The notes under the pieces: model-generated | Told to the model about the DNA's origin: nothing | Seen by the model: the letters and a program-made list of their open reading frames with translations, nothing else | Database searches by the model: none | Part shown: piece after piece, positions 9,516 to 18,625 of the stretch | Layout of the letters: the number at the start of each line of letters is the position of its first letter | Numbering within the stretch: the stretch's first letter is position 1 | Source of the DNA: Deltaproteobacteria bacterium | GTDB lineage: Bacteria; Myxococcota_A; Polyangia; Polyangiales; Houyiibacteriaceae | NCBI GenBank assembly: GCA_004283055.1 | Contig: SHLP01000006.1 | Span: 5,131 to 69,130 of the forward strand | Direction of reading: 5' to 3' | Length of the DNA: 64,000 bases | Translations under genes and position numbers: made by a program

Positions 9516-10493
9516 ATGCGCGTGCTCGTCACTGGAGCCTTCGGGCGCCTTGGTCGCGAGGGCATGAACCGCCTCTTGCTCGAGGGGGATTCCGTGATCG
9601 CCTTCGACGTTCCGAACCGACGAAATCGAAGGCTCGCGAAGCGCTTCGCCGACCGAGCACGAATCGTCTGGGGCGATATCCGGTCCGCTGCTGACGTCGA
9701 CGCGGCCGTCGCGAGCTGCGACGCAATCATTCACAACGCCGGAGTCCTGGCGCCAGCCTCCGAGCTTCACCCCGAGCTCGCATACGCGGTCAACGTGGAA
9801 GGGACGAAGAACATCATCGCCGCGATCAGGCGCGAAAAGGCCCCACCCATCATCGTTTTCGCATCGTCACTGGCCGTCTGCGGCCCCCGCCTGCCCGGTG
9901 GTCCGCCACTCACCGGCGACCTCCCTGCCATTGCGACCGACAACTACACGTCGAACAAAGCGGAGTGCGAACGACTTCTCCGCGAGTCGGGCCTTCCGTA
10001 CGTCATCCTTCGAATCGGCGTGTCGGTGGGCCTACGGGCAGCCGCCGGTGATCTCTCGCCGGACGTTTTTCGCGTGCTCTTCAGCATCAACCCGGACACG
10101 CGTCTCGAATGGATTCATCCGGAGGATGTCGCCCTTGCGCAGATTCGAGCGATCAAGCGTCGAGGAGCACTTCGAAAGACATTGATGATTGGAGGCGGCG
10201 AAAGGTGCCGGCTCACATTCCGCGAATTCTACGGCGCAATGTTTGAAGCGACTGGGGTAGGGCGTTTTCCGCCCGAAGCGTATGGGAGCGGCGCGTACTA
10301 CTGCGATTGGCTGAACACCGACGAAAGCGAATCGCTATTGCACTACCAGCGCACGAGCTTCGATGAGTTCATCGCGCAAATGCGCAAGGAGTCACGACTC
10401 ACCCGGCCATTCGTTCGGATGCTCGCGCCGCTCATCCGCGCGTACATGCTGCGCTACTCGGATGCTTGGCAAAACAGGAGCAGGCGAGCCTAG
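9516..10493 (+). CDS. NAD(P)-dependent epimerase/dehydratase family protein (atypical SDR)
   Basis: The start was set at the internal ATG giving MRVLVTGAFGRLG (Rossmann motif). YTSNK catalytic motif. Confidence 0.7.
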   Translation: MRVLVTGAFGRLGREGMNRLLLEGDSVIAFDVPNRRNRRLAKRFADRARIVWGDIRSAADVDAAVASCDAIIHNAGVLAPASELHPELAYAVNVEGTKNIIAAIRREKAPPIIVFASSLAVCGPRLPGGPPLTGDLPAIATDNYTSNKAECERLLRESGLPYVILRIGVSVGLRAAAGDLSPDVFRVLFSINPDTRLEWIHPEDVALAQIRAIKRRGALRKTLMIGGGERCRLTFREFYGAMFEATGVGRFPPEAYGSGAYYCDWLNTDESESLLHYQRTSFDEFIAQMRKESRLTRPFVRMLAPLIRAYMLRYSDAWQNRSRRA

Positions 10494-10494
10494 G

Positions 10495-11277
10495 TCAAGC
10501 GCGCTGGCTCGATACTGAGAGCACCTCGCCGGTCATGTACGAGCTGTAGTCGCTGGCCAAGAAGACCATCACGTTTGAGATTTCCCACGGTTCGGCGCCT
10601 CGCCCGAACGCCTCGCGTTTCTGCAGGTCCTCTAATAGGCCCGGCGGAGTGACCTTTTCGAGGAATGGGTGCATCGCGAGCGATGGAGAAACACAGTTGA
10701 TGCGGACGTTGCGTTCAGCGGCCTCGATCGCCGCGCAGCGCGTCAGGGCCATGACGCCTGCTTTTGCAGCCGCGTAGTGCGATTGACCCTCTTGCGCACG
10801 CCAGCCGAGCACCGAAGCGTTGTTGACGATGGCGCCCTTGCCTCGCGGCATCATGTGCTTGAGCGCAGCCCGGGTGCAGCGAAAGCAGCCGTTGAGCGTC
10901 ACGTCCAGCACCACGTTCCACTGATCGTCGGTCATGTCGATGACCTTTGCGTAACCGCCGAGCCCGGCGTTGTTCATGAGGACGTCCACGTGCCCCATCT
11001 TGTCGACTGCGAGCTCGAACATCGTCTGCACTTCGTCTTCCTTGGTGACGTTGCAAAGGACGATTTCGGGGCGCACCCCCGTTTCAGCCTCGACTTTGTC
11101 GGCTGCCTCCCCGAGTCGCCGCTCGTGAATGTCGCTAATCACCAGCCCTGACGCCCCTTCTTCGGCGCAGCGAACGGCTGTCGCAAAGCCGATGCCCGTC
11201 CCCGCCGCGGCAGTGATGAGAACGTTCTTGCCTTTGAGCAGGCCGTGGCCGCCGACATACGTGGGTTTGCTGTTCAT
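10495..11277 (-). CDS. SDR family oxidoreductase
   Basis: 260 aa. TAAAGTGIG glycine motif and YAAAK catalytic motif. It is the last gene of the 16308-to-10495 operon. Confidence 0.8.
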   Translation of the reverse strand: MNSKPTYVGGHGLLKGKNVLITAAAGTGIGFATAVRCAEEGASGLVISDIHERRLGEAADKVEAETGVRPEIVLCNVTKEDEVQTMFELAVDKMGHVDVLMNNAGLGGYAKVIDMTDDQWNVVLDVTLNGCFRCTRAALKHMMPRGKGAIVNNASVLGWRAQEGQSHYAAAKAGVMALTRCAAIEAAERNVRINCVSPSLAMHPFLEKVTPPGLLEDLQKREAFGRGAEPWEISNVMVFLASDYSSYMTGEVLSVSSQRA

Positions 11278-12449
11278 CGCGGCTCCTTCGGCAGCCCGAG
11301 TCCTCGTTCGCCAATGATGTTTCGTTGGATCTGATTGGAACCCGCGTAGATCGTGTCAGCCCGTGAAAACAGGCACCACTTCTGCATGGCGGTAAGCTCA
11401 TACGGCGCCGCATCGAGCAGCTCGGCTTCCGGGCCGAGCACATCCATCGCGAGCTTGCCTAGGTCGCGATGCCAATTCGACCAGTAAAGCTTGCTGATCA
11501 GCGCTTCTCGGTTCAGATCCGCACCTTCGTGTTCCAGCATTCGAAGCGCGTTGACGCGCATGATTCTGAGGCCGATCGCGGCGTTCGCGATTCGCTGCCT
11601 GAGGATGGGGTCCTTTGCAGCTCCCGATTCTCGTGCGGCAGCGACGACCTGCTCGAATTCCTTCTGAAAGAGGTACTGCTGACCGAGCGTTGACGCTCCC
11701 CGCTCGAAGGCAAGCGTGCCCATGGCGACTTTCCACCCGTTGTTGACGCCGCCGACGAGATGATTCTTTTCTGCCTTGGCACCGTCGAAGAAAACCTCGG
11801 CGAACTCCGCGCTCCCGCTCATTTGTCGGATCGGGCGCACTTCGATGCCTTGCTGTTTCATCGGAACGAGAAGGCAGCTGATGCCGCGGTGCTTCGCGGC
11901 TTCTGGGTCGGTCCGGCAAAGAACGAAGCACCAGTCCGAGTACTGCGCACCCGAGGTCCAAATTTTTTGGCCCTCGATGATCCACTCGTCACCGACCAAT
12001 CTGGCTTTGGTCTGGACGTTGGCCAGGTCAGATCCCGCGCCGGGCTCCGAGTAGCCCTGACACCAAATTTCTTCGCCCGAGACAATCGGCGGTAGGAAAC
12101 GTTTCTGTTGCTCCGTCGAGCCAAAATGAATCAGGGTCGGTCCTAGAAGCGTCTCGCCGATGTGGCCAACGTTGCCCGGCCCGTTCGCGCGCACGTATTC
12201 CTCGTTGAACACCGCCTCTTCCTTGATCGAGCATCCGCGGCCGCCAAACGCCTTGGGCCAGCCAATGCAGTTCCAGCCAGCAGCGCCCATGACCCTGCCC
12301 CAGGCCACCCGCTCCTCGACGTAGCGGTCTTGGTCGCCGGAGGCGCCTCGGCCCTGCAGCTCTTTGAAGGGGCCATTGAGCTGCTCTTCCAACCAGGCGC
12401 GCGCCTCCTGACGGAACGCCTCTTCTTCGTCGCTTAGCTGTATCTCCAT
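11274..12449 (-). CDS. Acyl-CoA dehydrogenase family protein (C-terminal IYAGSNQIQRNII)
   Basis: The start was moved to the ATG at 12449, which forms a TGATG overlap with the upstream ACAD stop. N-terminus MEIQLSDEEEAFRQEARAWLEE. Confidence 0.85.
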   Translation of the reverse strand: MEIQLSDEEEAFRQEARAWLEEQLNGPFKELQGRGASGDQDRYVEERVAWGRVMGAAGWNCIGWPKAFGGRGCSIKEEAVFNEEYVRANGPGNVGHIGETLLGPTLIHFGSTEQQKRFLPPIVSGEEIWCQGYSEPGAGSDLANVQTKARLVGDEWIIEGQKIWTSGAQYSDWCFVLCRTDPEAAKHRGISCLLVPMKQQGIEVRPIRQMSGSAEFAEVFFDGAKAEKNHLVGGVNNGWKVAMGTLAFERGASTLGQQYLFQKEFEQVVAAARESGAAKDPILRQRIANAAIGLRIMRVNALRMLEHEGADLNREALISKLYWSNWHRDLGKLAMDVLGPEAELLDAAPYELTAMQKWCLFSRADTIYAGSNQIQRNIIGERGLGLPKEPR

Positions 12450-13594
12450 CACAAACCCATCTGCGCTGCGACTCGCTCGCGGTGAAAGGCGGGGCCCCCG
12501 AAGAGATTCTCGGTCGCCTTGGCTCGCTTGAAGTAAAGGTGTGCGGGGTGCTCCCAGGTGAAGCCAATCCCGCCGTGGATCTGAATCATTTCGGAGGCGC
12601 AGTGAAAGAAGGCATCTGAGCAATACGCCTTGGCGCTCGACGCCGCCTCCTCGAGGCTTTCGCCACCCTGCGTCGCCAGAGCACTCGCGTAGAACGCGGC
12701 GGATCGCGCCGACTCCACCAACGTCAGCATATCCGCACACTTGTGCTTGATCGCCTGGAACGAGCCGATCGGCCTTCCGAACTGCTTGCGCACCTTCGCG
12801 TACTCGACCGACATTTCAAGACACATCTCAGCGGCGCCCACTTGCTCCGCTGCGAGCGCAATTCGGGCGAGGTCCAGTGTCCTTTCGCAAAGCCACCAAC
12901 CTTTTCCTTCGTCGCCGAGCAGGGCGTCGTCGGGCACCGTCACTTCCAAGAGCTCGACGGATGCCATCCGCCGGGTCTGATCCATCGTTGGCAGCCACTT
13001 GCGTTTTAGCCCGTCCGCGTCCTTGGGCACCAGGAACAAGCTTACGCCATGGGGACCCGTGCCCGCGCTCCGCTCCGAGCGCGCTGCGACGATCAAGAGA
13101 TCGGCTGTGTGCCCGTCGAGCACGTAGCTCTTGGCGCCGCTGAGCAGGTAGCCGGCGCCGTTTCGTACGTAGCTCGCTTCGACACCGGCGGCGTCCATTC
13201 GGCCGTTCGTTTCTGCGAAGGCGAGAGTGGCCCGCGTTTCTCCGGCGGCAATGCCCGGGAGATAGAGCTCCTTCTGGGCTTCGCTCCCGCCGATCATGAG
13301 CGCATTGGCACCCAAACCAACGGTCGATAGAAACGGGGCGCAGAGCAGTGCGCGCCCGATCTCTTCCATCAACGGATGCAAGTCGAGGTAGCTCAGGCCG
13401 AGGCCGCCGTATTCCTCAGGAATGGTGAGCGCTGTCCACGCGAGCTCCTCCGAGAGCTGCGCCCAGGTTGCCGGGTCGTAGCCTCGCTCCGTTTCCATTG
13501 CGCTCCGAACACGAGCCTCAGAGGACGCCACCTCCAAGAAGCGTCGAGCGGCTCGTCTGAGCTCGTTCTGATCTTCCGAGAATGAAAACTCCAT
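12449..13594 (-). CDS. Acyl-CoA dehydrogenase family protein (partner subunit type)
   Basis: 381 aa. MEFSFSEDQNELRRAARRF...IHGGIGFTWEHPAHLYFKRA. Confidence 0.85.
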   Translation of the reverse strand: MEFSFSEDQNELRRAARRFLEVASSEARVRSAMETERGYDPATWAQLSEELAWTALTIPEEYGGLGLSYLDLHPLMEEIGRALLCAPFLSTVGLGANALMIGGSEAQKELYLPGIAAGETRATLAFAETNGRMDAAGVEASYVRNGAGYLLSGAKSYVLDGHTADLLIVAARSERSAGTGPHGVSLFLVPKDADGLKRKWLPTMDQTRRMASVELLEVTVPDDALLGDEGKGWWLCERTLDLARIALAAEQVGAAEMCLEMSVEYAKVRKQFGRPIGSFQAIKHKCADMLTLVESARSAAFYASALATQGGESLEEAASSAKAYCSDAFFHCASEMIQIHGGIGFTWEHPAHLYFKRAKATENLFGGPAFHRERVAAQMGL

Positions 13595-13598
13595 CCCC

Positions 13599-14381
13599 TC
13601 AGTCTCCTTGGTTCACGCTAGCGGCCGAAATGAAAGCGGGTGTTTCGCCGCCGCCATGAAGCACGAGATTCGCCCCGCTCACGTACGAGGCAAGAGGCGA
13701 GGCAAAAAACATGCACGCTCCTGCAACGTCGTCGGGCGTGCCGAGACGCTGTAGCGGCACGGTGCGTGCGACGCGCGCGATGCCATCCCCGTCGCCATAG
13801 TGAAGATGCGCCTGCTCGGTTCGAATCAGCCCCGCCGCGATCGAATTGACACGCACTTTGGGCGCCCATTCGATTGCAAGCGTCCCGGTCAGGTTGATCA
13901 GCCCGGCCTTGGCTGCGCCGTAAGCCGCTGTTCCGGGGGAAGGCCGCACCCCGGATACGCTGGCGATGTTGACGATCGAACCGCCTGACTCCTGAGCCTG
14001 CATGATGCGGTTCGCTTGCTGGGCGCAATGAAGGGCGGCGGTGAGGTTGAGCTGAATGATCTTTTCCGAGAACCGCGGAGAGGCCGTCGCTGCTTCCGCG
14101 AAGGGCGCGCCTCCGGCGTTGTTGACTAGCACGTCGAGCTGCCCGAGACGTTCGACGGTTTCGTCAACCATCTTTTCCACTTGTTTCGAATCCCGCACGT
14201 CGGCGCTCACGAACGATACTTTGTTGCCGCCAGCGCTTGGGAGCTCGTCGGGCTCGGTGCGCCCGCACACGGCGACCTTGGCGCCTGCTGCGAGGAACGC
14301 CTCAGCGATGCCCCGGCCAATTCCCCGGCTCCCGCCCGTGACCAGGATGGCTCTACCGACGAAGTCGAAGGGGTTGCTCAT
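13599..14381 (-). CDS. SDR family oxidoreductase
   Basis: 260 aa. VTGGSRGIG and YGAAK motifs. Confidence 0.8.
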   Translation of the reverse strand: MSNPFDFVGRAILVTGGSRGIGRGIAEAFLAAGAKVAVCGRTEPDELPSAGGNKVSFVSADVRDSKQVEKMVDETVERLGQLDVLVNNAGGAPFAEAATASPRFSEKIIQLNLTAALHCAQQANRIMQAQESGGSIVNIASVSGVRPSPGTAAYGAAKAGLINLTGTLAIEWAPKVRVNSIAAGLIRTEQAHLHYGDGDGIARVARTVPLQRLGTPDDVAGACMFFASPLASYVSGANLVLHGGGETPAFISAASVNQGD

Positions 14382-15289
14382 GTTCCGTACACTTTGACCG
14401 GTGGCTGCGCCTTGGATAGAAGCTCATCGACCGCCGTTCCCAGCGCGCCCGCATCCCATCGCTTGCTGATGGTCATCGTCTGCTCACGCCGGTAGCCGTC
14501 GAAGACTGTGACCGTGCCGCCAAAGACCTCCCAGACGCGCCCCGTGACGTCGCGCGACTGCGAGCTTGCAAGCCAGGCGACGAAGGGCGAGACATTGGCT
14601 GGGTCGTTCTCGTCGAAACCCTCGTCGGGCGCTTTCATGGCATCGCCGAACGCGCCTTCGGTCATTCGGGTCCGCGCAATCGGGCAAATTGCGTTCGCCG
14701 TGATGCCGTATCGACCGAGCTCGGCGGCCTGCACGAGAGTCAGCGTTGCGATGCCCGCCTTCGCCGCAGAGTAACTCGACTGACCGACGCTCCCGAGGAC
14801 TCCGGCGCCCGAGCTGGTATTGATGATACGCGCATCGACCTGCTCCCCGGCTTTGACGAGCCCTCTCCAATACGCAGCAGCGTGCCGAGACACACAAAAG
14901 TGCCCCTTGAGGTGAACCCGGATCACCGCATCCCATTCCTCTTCGCTACAGCTCACGAACATGCGGTCCCGGACGAAGCCTGCGTTGTTGACCACTGCAT
15001 CGAGTCGTCCGAACTCGTCGATGGCTTGCCGGACGAGCTCCTTGGTCTGTGCCCAATCCGCGACGTCCGCCCCGTTGGCCACGGCCTCTCCGCCCGAGTC
15101 GCGAATCGTCTGAACGACTTCGTCCGCCGGCCCGTGACCGCCGCCCTCGCCGCTGTTGCTCACGCCGAGGTCGTTCACCACGACTTTCGCGCCTTGTCGC
15201 GCGAGCTCGAGCGCATGCTCACGGCCGATGCCGCGACCTCCGCCGGTTACGATTACTACCCGTCCATCACAAATGCCAGTCATTCTCAA
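14378..15289 (-). CDS. SDR oxidoreductase, MFE-2/Hsd4A-like (3R)-hydroxyacyl-CoA dehydrogenase type
   Basis: 303 aa. VIVTGGGRGIGREHALELARQGAKVVVNDLG and YSAAK motifs. 4-nt overlaps on both sides. Confidence 0.7.
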   Translation of the reverse strand: MRMTGICDGRVVIVTGGGRGIGREHALELARQGAKVVVNDLGVSNSGEGGGHGPADEVVQTIRDSGGEAVANGADVADWAQTKELVRQAIDEFGRLDAVVNNAGFVRDRMFVSCSEEEWDAVIRVHLKGHFCVSRHAAAYWRGLVKAGEQVDARIINTSSGAGVLGSVGQSSYSAAKAGIATLTLVQAAELGRYGITANAICPIARTRMTEGAFGDAMKAPDEGFDENDPANVSPFVAWLASSQSRDVTGRVWEVFGGTVTVFDGYRREQTMTISKRWDAGALGTAVDELLSKAQPPVKVYGT

Positions 15290-16308
15290 ACCTCTGCGTC
15301 GGCCAGCTTGACCAACAGTTTCCCCCGATGTTCACCGCTGAACAGCCGAAGCAGATGAGCTGGAGCCTCGTCCAGACCTTCGACGATTTCATCGCGATAG
15401 CGAATCCTGCCCTCGCGGATCCATCGCGCGAGATCTGCCCGTGCCTCGTCGTATCGGGAAGCGAAATCCAAGGTAGTGAAGCCCTCCATGCGGGCGCTCT
15501 TCGCCAGGAGCCGGAGATAGTTGCTTGGTCCGGGTGGAAGCTTCGCATCGTTGATCTGTGAGATCGCGCCGCAAACCACCACCCGGCCGTGGTGGTTGAG
15601 ACGGGTCAGCGCCGTGTTGAGTATCTCCCCGCCGACGCTGTCGAAGAATACGTCGATGCCGTCTGGGCAGGCCTCATCCATGGCGGGGCGCAGGTTTGTC
15701 GTCTTGTAGTTGATTGCGGCATCGTAACCGAGCTCGTCGGTTAGCCAGGAGCACTTCTCATCGCTGCCCGTCAGTCCGACGGCCCGACACCCCTCGAGCT
15801 TTGCGATCTGGCCGACGATCGAGCCGACCCCACCTGCGGCGGCAGACACCAGCACGGTTTCGCCTTTTGTTGGTTTCCCGACCGCGAGCAAACCAAAGTA
15901 TGCTGTCAGCCCGGTTCCACCGAGGACGCTCAACATCGTAGAGAGGGGGATCCCCTCGATCGTCCTCACATTGCCGTGAAGCATTCGAGAGGAGACGACG
16001 CTGTACGATTCCCAGGCGGCTAACGCCTGCACGACTTGCCCAACCGACCAGCCCTCCGCTTTGGACTCAATGATCTCGGAGAGGGCTCCGCTCCGAATCG
16101 GCTCGCCGATCCCGATCGGAGGCAGGTACGATTTCGCCTCACTCATCCAGCCGCGTATCGCGGGGTCGATCGAAAGGTACAGGTTCTTGAGCAAGACCTC
16201 CCCGGCCGCGGGTACGCCTAGCGGAGCCTCCGCCTCCTCGAAATCCCCAATCGCCGGCACCCCAACCGGTCGCTTCCTCAACAAAATCTGCCGATTAACC
16301 TCCAACAC
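15286..16308 (-). CDS. NADP-dependent medium-chain reductase (YncB/alkenal double-bond reductase type)
   Basis: 340 aa with a GTG start. LYLSIDPAIRGWM and AAAGGVGSIVGQIAK motifs. Confidence 0.8.
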   Translation of the reverse strand: MLEVNRQILLRKRPVGVPAIGDFEEAEAPLGVPAAGEVLLKNLYLSIDPAIRGWMSEAKSYLPPIGIGEPIRSGALSEIIESKAEGWSVGQVVQALAAWESYSVVSSRMLHGNVRTIEGIPLSTMLSVLGGTGLTAYFGLLAVGKPTKGETVLVSAAAGGVGSIVGQIAKLEGCRAVGLTGSDEKCSWLTDELGYDAAINYKTTNLRPAMDEACPDGIDVFFDSVGGEILNTALTRLNHHGRVVVCGAISQINDAKLPPGPSNYLRLLAKSARMEGFTTLDFASRYDEARADLARWIREGRIRYRDEIVEGLDEAPAHLLRLFSGEHRGKLLVKLADAEV

Positions 16309-16320
16309 GCGACCTTAGAC

Positions 16321-16334
16321 TGAAACATGTTTCA
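16321..16334. promoter_or_regulatory. KstR-type operator candidate TGAAACATGTTTCA
   Basis: A 14-bp inverted repeat whose arms TGAAAC/GTTTCA are perfectly complementary around a non-palindromic central AT. It lies 13 nt upstream of the start codon at 16308. Confidence 0.6.
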
Positions 16335-16344
16335 CTTTCTGCAA

Positions 16345-16486
16345 GGGGACACGCTCCCTCTCTAAAACCTGCATGGTTCCCGATGCTTCGGACGCACAGC
16401 GCGAAAACCCGCTCGGACCTGGGTTTTCGCGGTGCGGGCCTTAAGTCCTTGAAAACGTGAGATTATTTGGGGTGGAGCGTGTCCCC
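16345..16486. repeat. REPIN-like element: two inverted ~66-nt REP units (GGGGACACGCTCC ... GCAC.CCGCGAAAACCC)
   Basis: The termini GGGGACACGCTCC (16345-16357) and GGAGCGTGTCCCC (16474-16486) are perfect inverted repeats. An internal hairpin is CGCGAAAACCC/GGGTTTTCGCG. The same unit occurs at 48614, 49342 and 50100-50162. Confidence 0.8.
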
Positions 16487-17451
16487 TAATTCCAGGTGAT
16501 GCCGCGCTGGTAGAGGACGGCGAGGTCCATGGTGAGGGCGATGGACCAGTGGAGGAGGGCGCCTAGGAAGAAGGAGCGGTGCCGGAGCGCGAGGTAGCCG
16601 AGGACGAACCCAGCGAGGATCGAGGCGTTCACCTCGAGGATCGGTTTTCCGTAGTGGCCGATGCTGTACATCATCACCATCCAGGGAAGGGCGCTCACGT
16701 CGAGGTCTCGGCCGAGGCCGAAGGTCATGAAGCCACGCCAAAAGCTCTCGCCCGAGAGAAAGACCATGAAGTAGGCGACCTGGTAGAGGATGAACAAGCG
16801 GATCGATGCCTCGGTGCCGCTGACGATGCCGCGGGTTTGTGGGTAGCTCGCTTGGAACTCGGGCAGGGCCGATGCCCACAAGACCAGCGGGACCATCACG
16901 ACGAAAAGGCCAAGATAGACCCAGCGCATCCGCGTCCCCCCGCGCACGACGTAGCCGTACTCGGCAGGCCGCTGTCGGAGTCTGAAGCGGAGGAGCAGGT
17001 ACGGAACTGCGAGCCGTAGCACTACGCTGCAGGTCGCGAAATACGCAAACCCGAACAACGGAGTTCGCACCCCTACCGGGACAAATCGCTCGAAAAGCAG
17101 TCGGTACGTATTGGAACGACCGAACGCCAAAAAAAGGATGAGCAGGAGCATCGAGCTGATCACGACGAACCGGGCTTCATGAGAAACGTCCGAGAAGCGA
17201 ATGCCCGTGAGCAAGCGAAGTAGACCGAAGTAGAACAGGCTGCCGGCAACGATGTAGAGCGCGATCGAGCTCGGCATCTGCCGCCCCCAGACGTGCCAGC
17301 TCCAGTTCAACGGCAGAAGCACAGCAACCGAAGCGGCCGCTACGCACCAGAATTGCCGGGTTCCAATCTCGATTCTTGCGTGGTCCAAGCGTTCGGCCAG
17401 CTCAGCCAAGCCGTTCGATGACCGCGGCCATGCCCTGGCCGCCGCCAACAC
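16486..17451 (-). CDS. Polytopic membrane protein, possibly CPBP (CAAX protease/Abi) family
   Basis: 321 aa and very hydrophobic. It has weak CPBP-like motifs (GESFWRG, YSIGH, HWSIALTMD). The annotated start overlaps the thiolase gene by 50 nt, so the true start is uncertain. Confidence 0.45.
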   Translation of the reverse strand: MLAAARAWPRSSNGLAELAERLDHARIEIGTRQFWCVAAASVAVLLPLNWSWHVWGRQMPSSIALYIVAGSLFYFGLLRLLTGIRFSDVSHEARFVVISSMLLLILFLAFGRSNTYRLLFERFVPVGVRTPLFGFAYFATCSVVLRLAVPYLLLRFRLRQRPAEYGYVVRGGTRMRWVYLGLFVVMVPLVLWASALPEFQASYPQTRGIVSGTEASIRLFILYQVAYFMVFLSGESFWRGFMTFGLGRDLDVSALPWMVMMYSIGHYGKPILEVNASILAGFVLGYLALRHRSFFLGALLHWSIALTMDLAVLYQRGITWN

Positions 17452-18622
17452 ACATCGTCTCGACGCCGTACCGGCCGTCGCGCGACTGCAGGTTGTGAAT
17501 CAGCGTCGTCATGATGCGAGCGCCGGTTTGGCCAAACGGGTGGCCGAGAGCGATGGCGCCGCCGTTGACGTTGAGCTTGTGGACGGGGATGCCGAGCTCG
17601 CGCGCCGAGGGAACGACCTGTGCGGCGAAGGCCTCGTTGATTTCGACGAGGTCGATGTCTTTGATGCGGAGACCGGCACGGTCGAGCGCCTGATTGGTAG
17701 CGGCGACGGGGCCCAATCCCATGATTTCTGGATTGAGAGCCGAGACGGCGGTCGAGACGATGCGTGCCAAGGGTGTGATGCCCAGCGCCCGTGCGCGGGC
17801 GTCGCTCATGACGATGACGGCCGCGGCGCCGTCGTTGAGCGGACAAGCATTTCCAGCGGTGACTGTCGCCTTCTCACCCAGCTGACCGAGGAGCACAGGA
17901 TTGAGCCCCGCAAGCTTCTGTGCCGTGGTCCCGTGGCGCGGGCAGTCGTCGGTGGCGACCACTTTGCCGCTCGGCGTCGTGACCGGCGTGATTTCTGCGT
18001 CGAAGAAACCGGATTTTTGCGCAGCTTCGGCTCGCTGCTGGGAGAGCGCCGCGAACTCGTCCTGCTCCTGTCGCGAGACGGCCATGTACTGCGCAACGTT
18101 CTCCGCGGTTTGAAGCATCGTGATGTAGACGTCGGGCAGGCCGCTCGCAGGCTCCCAGTAGCCTCCGTCGGTAGACATGAGCGAAGCCATGCGCGCCTCG
18201 GACTCGGCGAACCTGGGGTTCTTGGTGTTGTCCATGCCGTCGGACTTTCCAAGACCAAATCGGCTGACGCACTCGACGCCTGCCGCGATGAACACTTCGC
18301 CTTCACCGGCTTTGATCGCATGAGCCGCCATGCGAATCGTCTGCAACGAGGATGAGCAGTATCGATTGACCGTAGTTCCAGGCGAATCGAGGCCGGAGAG
18401 CAGACTCACGACCCGGCCCATGTTGTAGCCGTGCTCGCCCGCAGGCTGGGCACAGCCGATCATCAGGTCTTCGACGGTCGCAGGGTCGAGGTTCGGCACC
18501 TTCGCCAATGCGGCCTTCACCGCGATGGCAGCTAGGTCGTCGGGGCGCATCTCGATGAGCGACCCCTTGAATGCGCGTCCAATGGGTGTCCGCGCGGTTG
18601 AAACGATCACAGCTTCGGGCAT
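17402..18622 (-). CDS. Acetyl-CoA C-acyltransferase (thiolase)
   Basis: 406 aa. MPEAVIVSTARTPIGRAFKGS, nucleophile motif NRYCSSSLQ, C-terminal CVGGGQG. Confidence 0.9.
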   Translation of the reverse strand: MPEAVIVSTARTPIGRAFKGSLIEMRPDDLAAIAVKAALAKVPNLDPATVEDLMIGCAQPAGEHGYNMGRVVSLLSGLDSPGTTVNRYCSSSLQTIRMAAHAIKAGEGEVFIAAGVECVSRFGLGKSDGMDNTKNPRFAESEARMASLMSTDGGYWEPASGLPDVYITMLQTAENVAQYMAVSRQEQDEFAALSQQRAEAAQKSGFFDAEITPVTTPSGKVVATDDCPRHGTTAQKLAGLNPVLLGQLGEKATVTAGNACPLNDGAAAVIVMSDARARALGITPLARIVSTAVSALNPEIMGLGPVAATNQALDRAGLRIKDIDLVEINEAFAAQVVPSARELGIPVHKLNVNGGAIALGHPFGQTGARIMTTLIHNLQSRDGRYGVETMCVGGGQGMAAVIERLG

Positions 18623-18625
18623 GGC

